Below, piece after piece: positions 25,550 through 36,812 of a stretch of 64,000 bases of DNA. The number at the start of each line of letters is the position of its first letter. Positions within the stretch are counted from its first letter, which is position 1. Source of the DNA: Okamejei kenojei (lineage: Eukaryota); assembly GCA_035221665.1 (NCBI GenBank), contig CM069150.1:36580001-36644000 (forward strand). Direction: 5' to 3'. The notes under the pieces are model-generated. The model was not told the origin of the DNA and ran no database searches. It saw only the letters and a program-made list of their open reading frames with translations. The position numbers and the translations under genes were made by a program.

Positions 25550-26620
25550 TAGTCATAGAGTCTTGCAGTGTGGGAACAGGTCCTTCGGTCCAACTTGCCC
25601 ACACCAGCCAACGTTTTCCATCTCCACTAGTCCCATCTGACTGTGTTTGGCCCATATCCCACTAAACCAGTCCTATCCATGTACCTGTCTTAAATGTTGC
25701 AATAGTACCTGCCTCAACTACCTCCGCTGGCAGCTCTTTCCATACACCCACCACCCTATGCGAGAAAAGGTTAACCCTCTTATTCTTATTAAATCTATCC
25801 CCCCTCACCTTAAACCTATGTCCTCTGGTTCTCGATTTCCCTACTCTGGGCAAGAGACTAGCCAATCTACCCAATCAATTTCCCTCATGATTTTATACAC
25901 CTCTATAAGATCAGCCCCCATCCTCCTGCATTCGACCTCTCCCCATATCTCAGGTCCTCTCGTCCTGGCAACACCCTCGTAAAGGGATTGTCCCACTTGG
26001 GCGACTTCATCCGCGAGTTCTGGCGAGTTTGCCCTCGACTCATACTCGCAGCATGGTCGACACGAGGTCGTAGGATGTCTTCGTAACTCTCCTTCATGCT
26101 CGAGAGTGGTCTCCGTGTACTCGAGGCCTCAGCTAGGTTATTTTCAACATGTTAAAAAATGCCCGCGAGTAAAAAAAGGTTGCCATGGAAAAAATCGATA
26201 CTTTTTTTACTCGTAGGTTTAGTCGTAGTAGTTCATAGTAGGTTAGCATGTTAGTCATAGGTAATCGAGAGTAGTCGAAGGTAGTCATAGATAGTCTTCA
26301 TCATAGTCGAAGGGAGGTCGAAGGAGATTGAAGGAGGTCGTCTTCACTCTCCACTATTCGGTGTCCAATTTTCCCGAAGTTAGTCGTAGCTAGTCGTAGC
26401 TAGTAGAAGCTGGTCTTCAACATAGTCGAAGGAGGTCGAAGAAGGTCGAAGGAGATCGAAGGAGGTCTTCTGCATAGTCGAAGGAGGTCTTCAACGTCAT
26501 TTTTCCAAACTCTCCTAAACTCTCCTAAACTCGCCAATTACGCGCCCAAGTGGGACAGCCCCTTAAATCTTCTCTGCACCCTTTCCAGCTTGACAACGTC
26601 TTTCCTATAACATGGTGCCC
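25550..26620 (-). mobile_element. CR1-type LINE 3' fragment interrupted by a MITE
   Basis: ORF 25662-25874 reads GKSRTRGHRFKVRG...RVVGVWKELP. Removing the MITE restores caccctcgTAAatcttctctgcacc. Confidence 0.85.
25983..26563. mobile_element. PIF/Harbinger-like non-autonomous element, 581 bp
   Basis: TIRs AGGG(AT/GC)TGTCCCACTTGGGCG with a perfect TAA TSD (25980-25982 and 26564-26566). Shares the gagtttgccct...catactcgcagcatggtcg block with the 6843 and 8439 copies. Confidence 0.88.
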
Positions 26621-27507
26621 ACAAAAGTGGACCTAATTTCCCTCAGGGTTTAATATGGGCCACTACATTTCCCTGGATATCTCAAATGTGAATATTGGAT
26701 TCAAAGGAATTATGTCAACTTTTCCTGATTTTATTAGCTTGGGGAATTAATTATTCATTCAATATATCAAAAGAAATAGTGATAAAATTGAAAGTTAACT
26801 CAAAGTGTCAGATGGAATTCAATCTCAAAGAATATGAATCAAAGCATAGTAGTGAGACAATAACAATGAAAATAGTAGCTGGAATTGAAGTAATAAACAG
26901 TGATGCAGTGGATCAGGTAATGCCCTGAGATGGAAGAATTGAGAAAAGGTTTTATTAAAATATAAAAGCCAGATCAGCCAGATCAGCTTGATCAGACCTA
27001 AAAAGATCTTAGGGATTATTGTATCATGCGTTGGGCTTCAAGCCAAATTAAGAATATTGAGATATTCAGGAGGACACAACAAATATTCTCTAAGATAAAC
27101 CCAGCTAAAGGAATGCACAACATTCTGGAAGTCCAGGACTGAGTAGATAGGTGGTTGCTCTAGCTTGAACAATCGATATCAGGCTATTTTATAGCTTTGG
27201 GACAAAGAGCTGGAGAAACTTCATTATGAGGAGGAATGTGTTTCTGGGATTAACAGTTGAGGCTGTAAGATGGGGATTTCCTAAGAGCTATATCTTGTCT
27301 ACCTTGTTGATTTCCCTCGAGCTGCATTAGTCATTCACATGCACAAACGGATGGCATGCACAATCCTGAATCTATTGCTGATTCATTCACAATACAAATT
27401 AGAATTAAGATAATTTTAAACCAAACCAAATTATTAAACATAAAATTGATTTAAAATCATATTAATTCTATTTTCCTGCCTAAACTTTTACATTTACGAT
27501 TTTTACA

Positions 27508-27722
27508 TTTAGTTTATAGTTTACAGTGGAGATACAGATACAGTGAAAACAGGCTCTTCACCCCTCCGACTCTGCTCTGACCAGCGCACACTAGTTCTAT
27601 CCTGCACACTAGGGATCATTTACAGAAGCCAATTAACCTACAAACCTGTACGCCTTTGGAATGTGGGAGGAAACCGGATCACCAGGAGAAAACCTACAAG
27701 AACGTACAAACTCCGTACGGCA
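27508..27722 (-). mobile_element. V-SINE, partial
   Basis: Tail and central domain. Confidence 0.75.
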
Positions 27723-30000
27723 TGAAGAATAATATTCATCAATATACATATTGATATTTACCTTCCTCAGAAATGGTGCCGGGATAAGCGTTATGCTTAT
27801 ACAACATACTACGGTATTTTTGTTGAAAAATGTCAAAGCAAATGTCAACGCAGCATTTTGGAGGTATTGCCCAGACCCAAGGACGAAGATTATAAAAATG
27901 TTAAACTGACAATAGTAATGGATTCCAGATGTGGTGTTCACAGCTTCCATGACCAGGAATTAGGACCAGTACATTGCTTCTCCTCAACATGCCAAAAGTT
28001 GGCTTGATGTGGATGGGAAACCAGTGGAGAAAGTGGGAGAATTTTTAACAGTCATTTAGTTAAATTGTATGCCTGATGGTTGAGGAATCTATGATGAGGG
28101 GCAGTCACTAATTACAAATTATTACTAATCAAATATAAAGAACTAGGAAAACTTATTTTTATAGTGAGTTCTTGATGTATGGAATGATTTAAAGCGGTTG
28201 AGGGAGAAAGGACGATTGTAAACAATTTTAAACCTGAGAACAGATTCACAGCAATGGAAGTAACGGGACCAAAAGTGTTTATCTGAATTGCTACAACAAG
28301 AGCAAACACACAGATGTCAACTGATTTCCTACAGTAAGCCTTTCTGAGTCACACTATGCTGAAGCTTTTTTGATGTTTAATATCAGTGGCAGTGGAGGAT
28401 AAGGATAAAAAGAAGAGGAGAGCAAAATAATAAAAATAAAACATGCTAGTTGTCAAAGCAAAGCCAAATAATGAGTGGAGCAAATTGCAATTGACCAGCT
28501 TAAATTGTGGTGTGCTTATAAGGAGTCTACTCAAGCAGACCAGTTCCCTGGGCTCCGGATGTGCATATTTTATAGGGCTGAGATGCGTACTATGAATGGA
28601 GCCTTGCTTTGGCTCAGGGACCTGGATTTAATCGTTACACAATGTTAATAAGGCTTACGCTTGTCTATGCCGCAGCCTCGCTCAGTTCCACAAAAATCGC
28701 ATGTTACAAATGTGGTGTTGAGCGAAATGGGTCCGCAACCTCCCACATGGCTGTGGGATGCCCGAGGAGACTCACAAGATCAGCCTTGTGCTTGAAGCAT
28801 TCCCAAATATGAATATAAAAATAGAAAATGTATTTGATAATTAAGTTGAGGCACTGCTTCTCTCTGAGCAGTTGCACTTTCAGTTTGGTACTGATTAAAT
28901 TGAAAATTCTTTGTAGCCAAAAAGTAAATCAAAAGTTACGTTTCCAAAAATACGTAGCTGCAACTATAATTACAGTTTCTCAAAATATACAGCATGTTGT
29001 GAGTAATTTGAAATGAGTCAACATACGGGACTTTTTGTGCCAAGAGTTGGAATCAGTTTCAATGCAATACACATTTCAAAAGATCAACACGTTGCTTCAG
29101 AAACTTGGTGTTCTATTTCAGGCAAATACTGGAATATTTTGTAAAAGAAATAGGTAGCATTTCACGGCAATTGAAAGTACAAAATTCTCAACAAATGTGA
29201 ATCAACCAAATTTCCCCACATTTTAAATATATGCTCATATATTCTCATGAAAGTGGTTTGCAAAAAGCATTTTTGAAAAGGGCTTGAGTGAGTAACTTTT
29301 CATTCCAAATCTGATATTCCAAGTCGCAATATCAGGTGTAGATTACTGAATGATCCTAATGCGTTTACATTGAAATCTTGCCCCATCCTCAGTACAGAAT
29401 CACTTTTTACAAGGTGCTTTTGCACAGATTAACTCTGGGAAATTTATTTTGGGGTTTCTCCTAATTATGTGATGAAAATAGATGTCTCAAACCTTCTATT
29501 CTGCAATGTAAGATTTGTAATTTGTTATTATACCCAGATACAGTTATGCATACATAACCTTTTCAAAATTGCTTTTTGCAAACCACTTACATTATATGAG
29601 CTAAGCCAGATGAGCAATTCTGTTAACACTCAGAGGATCTTTTCATCAGTGATTCCGAACACATTGATTTTGTGCACCTGATAGCAATCCTAGTCTTAAT
29701 ATTTCAGAATCACTTCATTTTTGAAGGCAAAAATCTGTCAATTTCCTTCACTTATCTTTTCAATACTCAGTGTCATCATAAGCTGGACAAACTGACTGCA
29801 TTGATGGAAACAAAGCTGACTACTACATTTTGACCTGTATGGATGCTTGTTATGTATTTTCCTGACTTTATGCACTTGGAATAGCATGGATTTGCATCAT
29901 TTATTTTTGCAGTGACAGTATCCACAGACAGAATGGCATATTTGTCGATCCATGCAGCAATCCATTTTTCTAAAATATGTTAAGCGTAATCAGCTCCTGA

Positions 30001-30100
30001 CTCTCAGTCGGAAGAAGGGTCTTGACCCGAAACATCACATATTCCTTTACTCCAGAGATGCTGTCCGACCTGCTAAGTTGCTCCAGCACTTTGTGTCAAT
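30001..30100 (+). mobile_element. Fold-back element arm ~150 bp upstream of the 56-bp exon
   Basis: cagtcggaagaagggtcttgacccgaaacatc; the CTGA box is mutated. Confidence 0.75.
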
Positions 30101-30253
30101 CTTAAGTTTATTCAACATGGTGAGCTGATGCACTAGCAACCAGTACAGTCGTGGAAGTTAGCGGAAAGAGAAAATGGAAAATATTATTTATATATACATT
30201 CAATTTATGTATTTATTTATTTATTCTTAATTGTGTTCAAACATTTATTTCAG

Positions 30254-30309
30254 AAGGACAACAGATATGGGAGGTGGAAGCAACAGTAGATAAAGATAAA
30301 AGCCAGCCA
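30254..30309 (+). CDS. NFATC2: NFATC2 internal coding exon, 56 bp
   Basis: tttcag| acceptor and |gtaagt donor. Translates (E)GQQIWEVEATVDKDKSQP, compared with mammalian NFATC2 DGQQIWEMEATVDKDKSQP. Phases fit both neighbours. Confidence 0.96.
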
Positions 30310-30743
30310 GTAAGTATGAATCATTTAGGTCAGACCTGATGTGCATGATAACAGAAATCTGATGATTAAATTTTTCATAAACATTTATGAATGGAGAGAT
30401 GGTTTAATCCATTGAAAGTATTTAATAAGTATTTTTACTTTCTAATATATGAAATCCATAGTAAAGCTAATGATAAGTGTATAAATCTTTGTTGAATGTG
30501 TTGTTGAACTGTCTTCACTAGAATTGAAGGTTAGAAGCTGAAAATCTGAAGATAGTGCTGGTGATCAAAGTAATCCTCCCCATACTAGACTTTCATTATT
30601 TCCAATTATCAGTAGATTGATTGCCTGACCTCAGCTTGAAATGTGCAAAATATGTGATCGTGAAGGCACGAATGACATCAATTATTCCATAACTCATGAT
30701 TTATTTTACTATTCCCTTTCATAATGATCAAAGCAGCAATATA

Positions 30744-30922
30744 CAGCGCCCTCCATAATGTTTGGGACACAGATTAAATAAATAAAAAAACATTTATTTA
30801 TTTGCCTCTGTATTCCACAATTTGAGATTTGTAATTGAAAAAAATTACAAAAGCACATTGTCAGATCTTAATAAAGGCCATTTTTATACATTTTGGTTTC
30901 ACCAAGTATAAATTACAGCAGA
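30744..30922 (+). mobile_element. Tc1-like transposon terminal fragment
   Basis: TA|CAGCGCCCTCCATAATGTTTGGGACA start resembles a Tc1 TA|CAGTG end; second copy at 31718-31820. Confidence 0.55.
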
Positions 30923-31258
30923 GTTGTAATGGCTTTGCCCAACATGGCTTCGCAATGATTTTAACAAAGGTTGGAAGATGAATTCCATGATATTTGAAAA
31001 ATGTCAAAGAGCAAACAGTAGCAAATAATGTACCAATGCTTCCTACAGTTCAATCATGGCTCTGGATCATATTCTGAATATTGTAACCACATTTTTTTTT
31101 GTTTATGGAAGGAAACTTCTATTAGTGTGCTGAGAGCTTCAATAAAACATAAATCCCGCGTGTTGCATCCTGTGTGTTACCCCGTAAAGACACAGGGATG
31201 TGTGAAAAAGGTACCACCTCAATGCAGTATTTTTAATCTTCTGTCGTTTTCTGTTTAG

Positions 31259-31388
31259 AACCTGCTGTTTGTTGAAATCCCACGTTATCGGAACCAGCAT
31301 ATCCGCACAGCGGCAAAGGTGAACTTCTGTGTTGTTAATGGTAAAAGGAAAAGAAGCCAGCCACAGAGATTTACATATCTCCCTGCAG
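31259..31388 (+). CDS. NFATC2: NFATC2 internal coding exon, end of IPT domain with KRKR NLS, 130 bp (absent from the ORF track)
   Basis: tgtttag| acceptor and cag|gtaaac donor. Translates NLLFVEIPRYRNQHIRTAAKVNFCVVNGKRKRSQPQRFTYLPA. Starts in phase 0, ends in phase 1. Confidence 0.96.
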
Positions 31389-31577
31389 GTAAACTACTTG
31401 AAGGGATGGCAGTGGACATCCAATCCATAAAACGTGGAACATAAATGATACTTAAATTCAGTCAATGTGAAATTGCTGTTTGGATGAAACATGTTTCTTG
31501 TCCAGCTTACACTGGGGTGTATAAAAAAAAACAGTGGCAGTCTGCACCATATCTCCAGCCAGCTCAATAACAACTCA

Positions 31578-31715
31578 AGAGAGAGTTAGATTTAGCTCTT
31601 ATTGCTAACGGAATCAAGGAATATTGGGATAAAGCAGGAACGGGGTACTGATTTTGGATGATCATATTGATTGGCGGTGCTAGCACGAAGGGCCGAATGG
31701 CCGACTCCTGCACCT
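31578..31715 (+). mobile_element. CR1 3' end fragment
   Basis: aagagagagttagatttagctctt...gaagggccgaatggccgactcctgcacct. Confidence 0.8.
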
Positions 31716-31717
31716 GA

Positions 31718-31820
31718 AGTGCCCCCCATAATGTTTGGGACAAAGACCCATCATTTATTTATTTGTCTCTGTACTCTACAATTTGAGATTTGTAATAGAA
31801 AAAAATCACGTGGTTAAAGT
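31718..31820 (+). mobile_element. Second Tc1-like terminal fragment, same orientation
   Basis: agtgccccccataatgtttgggaca...catttatttatttg...acaatttgagatttgtaat aligns to 30745-30850. Confidence 0.55.
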
Positions 31821-32155
31821 GGATAGATAGATTATAGATTTGCAGGATTTCTTAACAACATGAATTACATTCAAATGTAGAGGTAATGTTGCAAATAATG
31901 TGGGTGTGATAATATTATATTGTTCATAAATATCGAAGTACTATATTTCTCTAGGGAATTAGTAACTTTAATTTTTGTGCTAATGCAATAGCATAGGAAT
32001 TTTGTACAACAAATTAGCTCTGGGATGACATGTACTTTAGCTAAAGTTTTATAAAACTGCTCAAAGTTAAAGATTTGATTTACCAATTTTAAATCAAACT
32101 GGAAAGGAACACTGTATCTGATCAGAGTCCAGAAACAAGGAACTGCAGATGTTAA

Positions 32156-33385
32156 AACATAGAAACATAGAAAATAGGTGCAGGAGGAGGACATTTGGAC
32201 CTTCAGGCCAGCACCACATTCGAACCACAGTCATTGTGATCATGGCTGATCATTCACAATCGGTAACCTGTGCCCGCCTTCTCCCCATATCCCTTGATTC
32301 CTCTATCCCCTAGAGCTCTATCTAACTCTCTTTTAAATTCATCCAGTGAATTGGCCTCTGCTGCCTGCTGTGGCAGGGAATTCCACAAATTCACAACTCT
32401 GGATGAAAAAGTTCTTTCTCATCTCAGTTTTAAGTGGCCTCTCCTTTATTCTTGGACTGTGGGTCCTGGACTCCCACAACATTGGGAACATTTTTCCTGC
32501 ATCTAGCTTGTCCAGTCATTTTATGTTTCGATAAGGTCCCCTCTCATCCTTCTAAATTCCAGTGAATACAAACCCAGTCTTTCCAATCTTTCCTCGTATG
32601 ACAGTCCCGCCATCCCAGGGATTAACCTCGTGAACCTCAATAGCAAGGATGTCCTTCCTCAAATTAGGAGACCAAAACTGCACACAATACTCCAGATGTG
32701 GTCTCACCAGAGCCCTGTACAACTGCAGAAGGACCTCTTTACTCCTATACTCAAATCATTGGTATGAAGGCCAACATGCCATTAGCTTTCTTCACTGCCT
32801 GCTGTACCTGTATGTTTACTTTCAGTGACTGGTGTACAAGGACACCCACGTCTCGTTGCATTTCCCTTTTTCCTAATCTGACACCATTGAGATAATAATC
32901 TGCCTCCTTGTTCTTGCCTCCAAAGTGGATAACCTCACATTTATGTACATTATACTGCATCTGCCATGCATCTGCCCACTCACTCAACCTGTCCAAGTCA
33001 CCCTGCAACCTCCAAGCATTCTCTTTGTGGTTCACACTGCCACCCAGCTTTGTGTCATCTGCAAATTTGCTGGTGTTACTTTTAATCCCATCATCTAAAT
33101 CATTAATATCTATTGTAAATAGATGCGGCCCCAGCACCAAGCCTTTCGTCACTCCACTCGCCAGTGCCTGCCATTCTGACAGGGACCCGTTTATTCCTAC
33201 TATTTGTTTCCTGTCTGCCAACCAATTCTCTATCCATGTCAATACCCTACCCCCCAATACCATGTGCTCTAATTTTGCCCACTAATCTCCTGTGTGGGAC
33301 CTTATCAAAGGCTTTCTGAAAGTCCAGATACACCACATCCACTGGCTCTCCTTTTTACTTGTCACATCTTCAAAAAATTCCAGAA
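32156..33385 (-). mobile_element. CR1-type LINE, 5'-truncated (~1.2 kb), decayed reverse transcriptase ORF2
   Basis: ORF 32751-33263 reads WIENWLADRKQIVGING...SGVTKGLVLGPHLFTIDINDLD...KFADDTKLGG (RT motifs GVPQGS and FADD). Ends in a (catagaaa)n tail. Confidence 0.93.
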
Positions 33386-33419
33386 GAAGAATACACAACA
33401 TTTTAGTTTAAACAAATTA

Positions 33420-33690
33420 ACACAAAGTGCTCGAGTAACTCGGCAGGTCAGGCAGCATCCCTGGAGAACGTGGATGGGTGATATTTCAGGTTGAGACCCT
33501 TCTTCAGAATCTGAGTCTGAAAAAGGGTCCCGACCCGATACATCACCTATCCATGCTGAGTCTGAAGAAGGGTCCCGATGCAAAATGATACCTGTCCACG
33601 TTCTCCAGAGATGCTGCCTGACCTGTTGAGTTACTCCAGCATTTTGTGTCTTTCCTTGGAAAACCAGCATCTGCAATAACTTGTTCCTAC
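33420..33690. mobile_element. Fold-back element with tandem-duplicated hammerhead segment
   Basis: Inverted arms; ctgagtctgaa(a/g)aagggtcccga... occurs twice (~33511 and ~33556). Confidence 0.8.
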
Positions 33691-34499
33691 ATGGTATCTG
33701 CATAAAAATCTTCAAATATTGGTGTCCTGTTTGTTGCGATGGACAGCAGTTAAAGATTAGAGCTCTAATATTTGAAAAAAAAAGATATGATGTAGCTGGG
33801 AGTTGTTGCTGTAGCATTGACTGCATGGCAGATTCTATCAGTTAGCCACCCATTAATGAGTAAACAAAACAGGCTGTATAATTATAGAGTCATTTTGGCA
33901 ATCTGTGGCCATAGAGGTGGAAAGTTCGTGAAATTAAAATAGTGTTTTAATGTTGGAGTAGCGGTCATTGTAGGGAGGGGAAAGTCCTTACTTGACGTCT
34001 TGTGCTTGCTTGCCTCACTGACAAAATCTATACTGATTTGTTTAGTGTAGGCAGAATCTATGTACATCAGATAAAGGACTGATAAGCAATAAAACCCTTT
34101 CCCCGACCAACAGTACAGGAAGTCTCACATCAACTTTTCACATTTAGCATTATTGTACAATTTAAAGTAACTGGTGAAGCGTTCAAATAAATTATTTATT
34201 TGCTTAAATACCACAAGAGCCTAAAATAACTGATGTCGGTTTTAACTGCTGTCAACATTCTGAGGCAGAAGATGTGAAATTATTATCAGTTAAAAAGGCT
34301 CTGAATGTTTCTAAAGCTGTGGATGAGGAAATAAACTGGTGAGCTTCACTGTTTTTAATTCACTGCCTCAGTTATTTTACTAAATTCTCTGTTGTTTTAT
34401 ACAATTCTTGACAAACTAATTTCATGCTTGGTGCATAGTGGCAACAGTTTTGAAAATTAGTCTGTGAAAATAAAATTTGGATCAAATCATTCCTTTTAT

Positions 34500-34822
34500 A
34501 AGTTCGTCATAGGGGCAGAATTAGGCCATTTGGCTCATCGAGTCTATTCCACCATTCAATCATGGCAGAGCTGTCTTTCTCTCTCAACCCCATTCTCGTG
34601 CCTTCTCCTCATAACCCCTGACACCATATACTGATCAAGAACCTGTTAATGTCCACCTTAAAAATACCCATTGACTAGATCTCCACAGCTGTCTGTGGCA
34701 ATGAATTCTACAGATTCACCACCCTCTGATTAAACAAATTCAGCCTCATCTCCTTTCTAAAGGTACGTCCTTTTATTTTGATGCTGTGCCGTCTGATCCT
34801 AGACTCTCTCACTAGTGGAAAC
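34500..34822 (-). mobile_element. CR1 3' end
   Basis: ORF 34708-34902 reads PLVRESRIRRHSIKIKGR...NQRVVNL. Confidence 0.82.
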
Positions 34823-35102
34823 AACAGTTCTATAATTTTAAATGAGCATTGAAAATAATTCAAATGAATGGAATCATGAATTTGATGTTTGTTATGGCCC
34901 ATAAGGACAAAGACTTTGTCTCTGTGTGTAATGAACCATTAAACCAGACAAGGGAATGACTGTACACTATCACTTCTGAGATTCATATTTTTACAGTATT
35001 TTCTATTTCTATGAAATACAAGTGGTTTTTGTAATAATTGGGATGGGACCAATTTAAGTATTTACCATGCGGCAAATTGGCTGATTAATTAAAAGGTTCT
35101 AC

Positions 35103-35389
35103 ATGGACATAGGCCCTTCGATCTATCAAGTCCACACCGACCATTGTTCACACTGTTTCTATGTTATCTCACTTTCGCATCCACTCCCGACACACAAAAG
35201 GCAATTTACAGTGTCCAGTTTACCTACAAACCCGCCGTCCTGTGGAATGTGTGAGGAAACCGGAGCACCTGGAAGAAATCAATGCAGTCACAGGGAGAAC
35301 ATACAAACTCCACACACACTGCACCCGAGGTCAGGATCGAACCATGATCTCTGCCGCAGCTCTACCAGCTGCACCACTGTGCTGCCCCC
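35103..35389 (-). mobile_element. V-SINE
   Basis: Consensus blocks including caggatcgaacc. Confidence 0.78.
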
Positions 35390-36314
35390 AATAGAATAGA
35401 ATATTCCAAACACTATCATCCTCTGGGGGGAAACTAACTGCCTGACGGATGTAACCACACTGAAGAAAAAAATTCCCTTGCTCAATGTAAGTCCTTTTCC
35501 AAAAAAAGGCGTATTTTCTGGTCATTCAAGTAATTGATTTTCCTCCAGTATCTTAATGAGTTGATGAGAGAAAGACACTGAGACACATGGTGCCTGCCTG
35601 ATTTACAAAGGAGCAGGGGAGATGGGGAAATATTGCTCCAGGAGGCGTATATAATGGAACAGCAGCCGTCTGAACCATGTCTCCAGGCTAACTCAATACA
35701 AATGTTGCTCTGGTTGTTTTTAACTGTCTCGAAAGCTTGAGGGAAAAGCCAAGCCACATACAAACAAACATATATTGTGGAAATTTTTGTTATATGCATA
35801 ACTGGTTGGTTTGGCATGTGACTGGGAGTTAAGGGGGAGAAGATCCAAAGATTATTTCCAGAGACAATTGGACTGAGGGCTGCTCAGCAATTTTTGTTGC
35901 TTTGTCTTAACCTGATTTGGGTTGTTTGTAAACATTAAAGAAAATTACCCCTTGGCTCCTGGACTCCAAGGAGCAAACAGCCACTCACAAAAACTCAGGC
36001 CTTCAAGTCCCTGCAACATCTTTGCAATTCTTCTCTGCATTGTTCCAGCTAAATATTGACCCAAAATGACACAATACTCCCGGTCTTGTACTATTATTAC
36101 ATAACATCCCAATTTTTATACTAATTTCCCTGATTGATGATGGCCGGCATACCAAGTACCTTCTTCCACACCCTGCTACATGTGATGCTACTTTCAGGGA
36201 CCCATGTACTTACTGTATACTCTAAGATCCCACTTCTCTACAACACTTGTCAGGGCCCTACCATTCACTGTGAATGGCCTAAACTGGTTTTACTTCCTGA
36301 AATTAGAGGGCTTG

Positions 36315-36705
36315 GCTTCCCACATCCCAAAGATTTATGGATTTGTAGGTTAATTGGCCTCTAGTGTGTAGGGAGTGGGTGACAAAGTGAGATCAAATTG
36401 AACTAGCATGAGCAGGTGAGCAGTGGTTGGCGTGCACTCGGTGGGCCGAAGGGTCTGTTTAGATCGAAGGTTGACACAAAATGCTGGAGTAACTCTGCGG
36501 GACAGTCAGCATCTCTGGAGAGAAGGAATGGGTCGAGTCTGAAGAAGGGTCACGACCCGAAACGTCCCACATTCCTTCTCACTCCAGAGATGCTGCCTGT
36601 CCCGCTGAGTTACTCTAGTATTTTGTGTCTATCTTCGATTTAAACCAGCATCTGCAGTTCTTTCATACACTGGCCTGTTTCCATGCTGTCCCTCTCAATT
36701 AAATC
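36315..36705 (+). mobile_element. V-SINE 3' part with a nested hammerhead element (~36461-36671)
   Basis: gg(t/c)ctgttt duplicated at 36452-36460 and 36672-36680; core ctgaagaagggtcacgacccgaaacgtc at 36539-36566. Confidence 0.8.
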
Positions 36706-36812
36706 AAATAATAAGTAGTATAAGTAAATGTTTTGTGACTGCAGATTGCTCATAAACTTTGCATATCAATGAAAATCAATTCTAAGTATGTTTATTATGT
36801 AATTTATTTCAG

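Noticed and set aside
32751-33263. Functional reverse transcriptase gene
   Set aside because: 5'-truncated, frameshifted CR1 copy with a degenerate GVPQGS motif.
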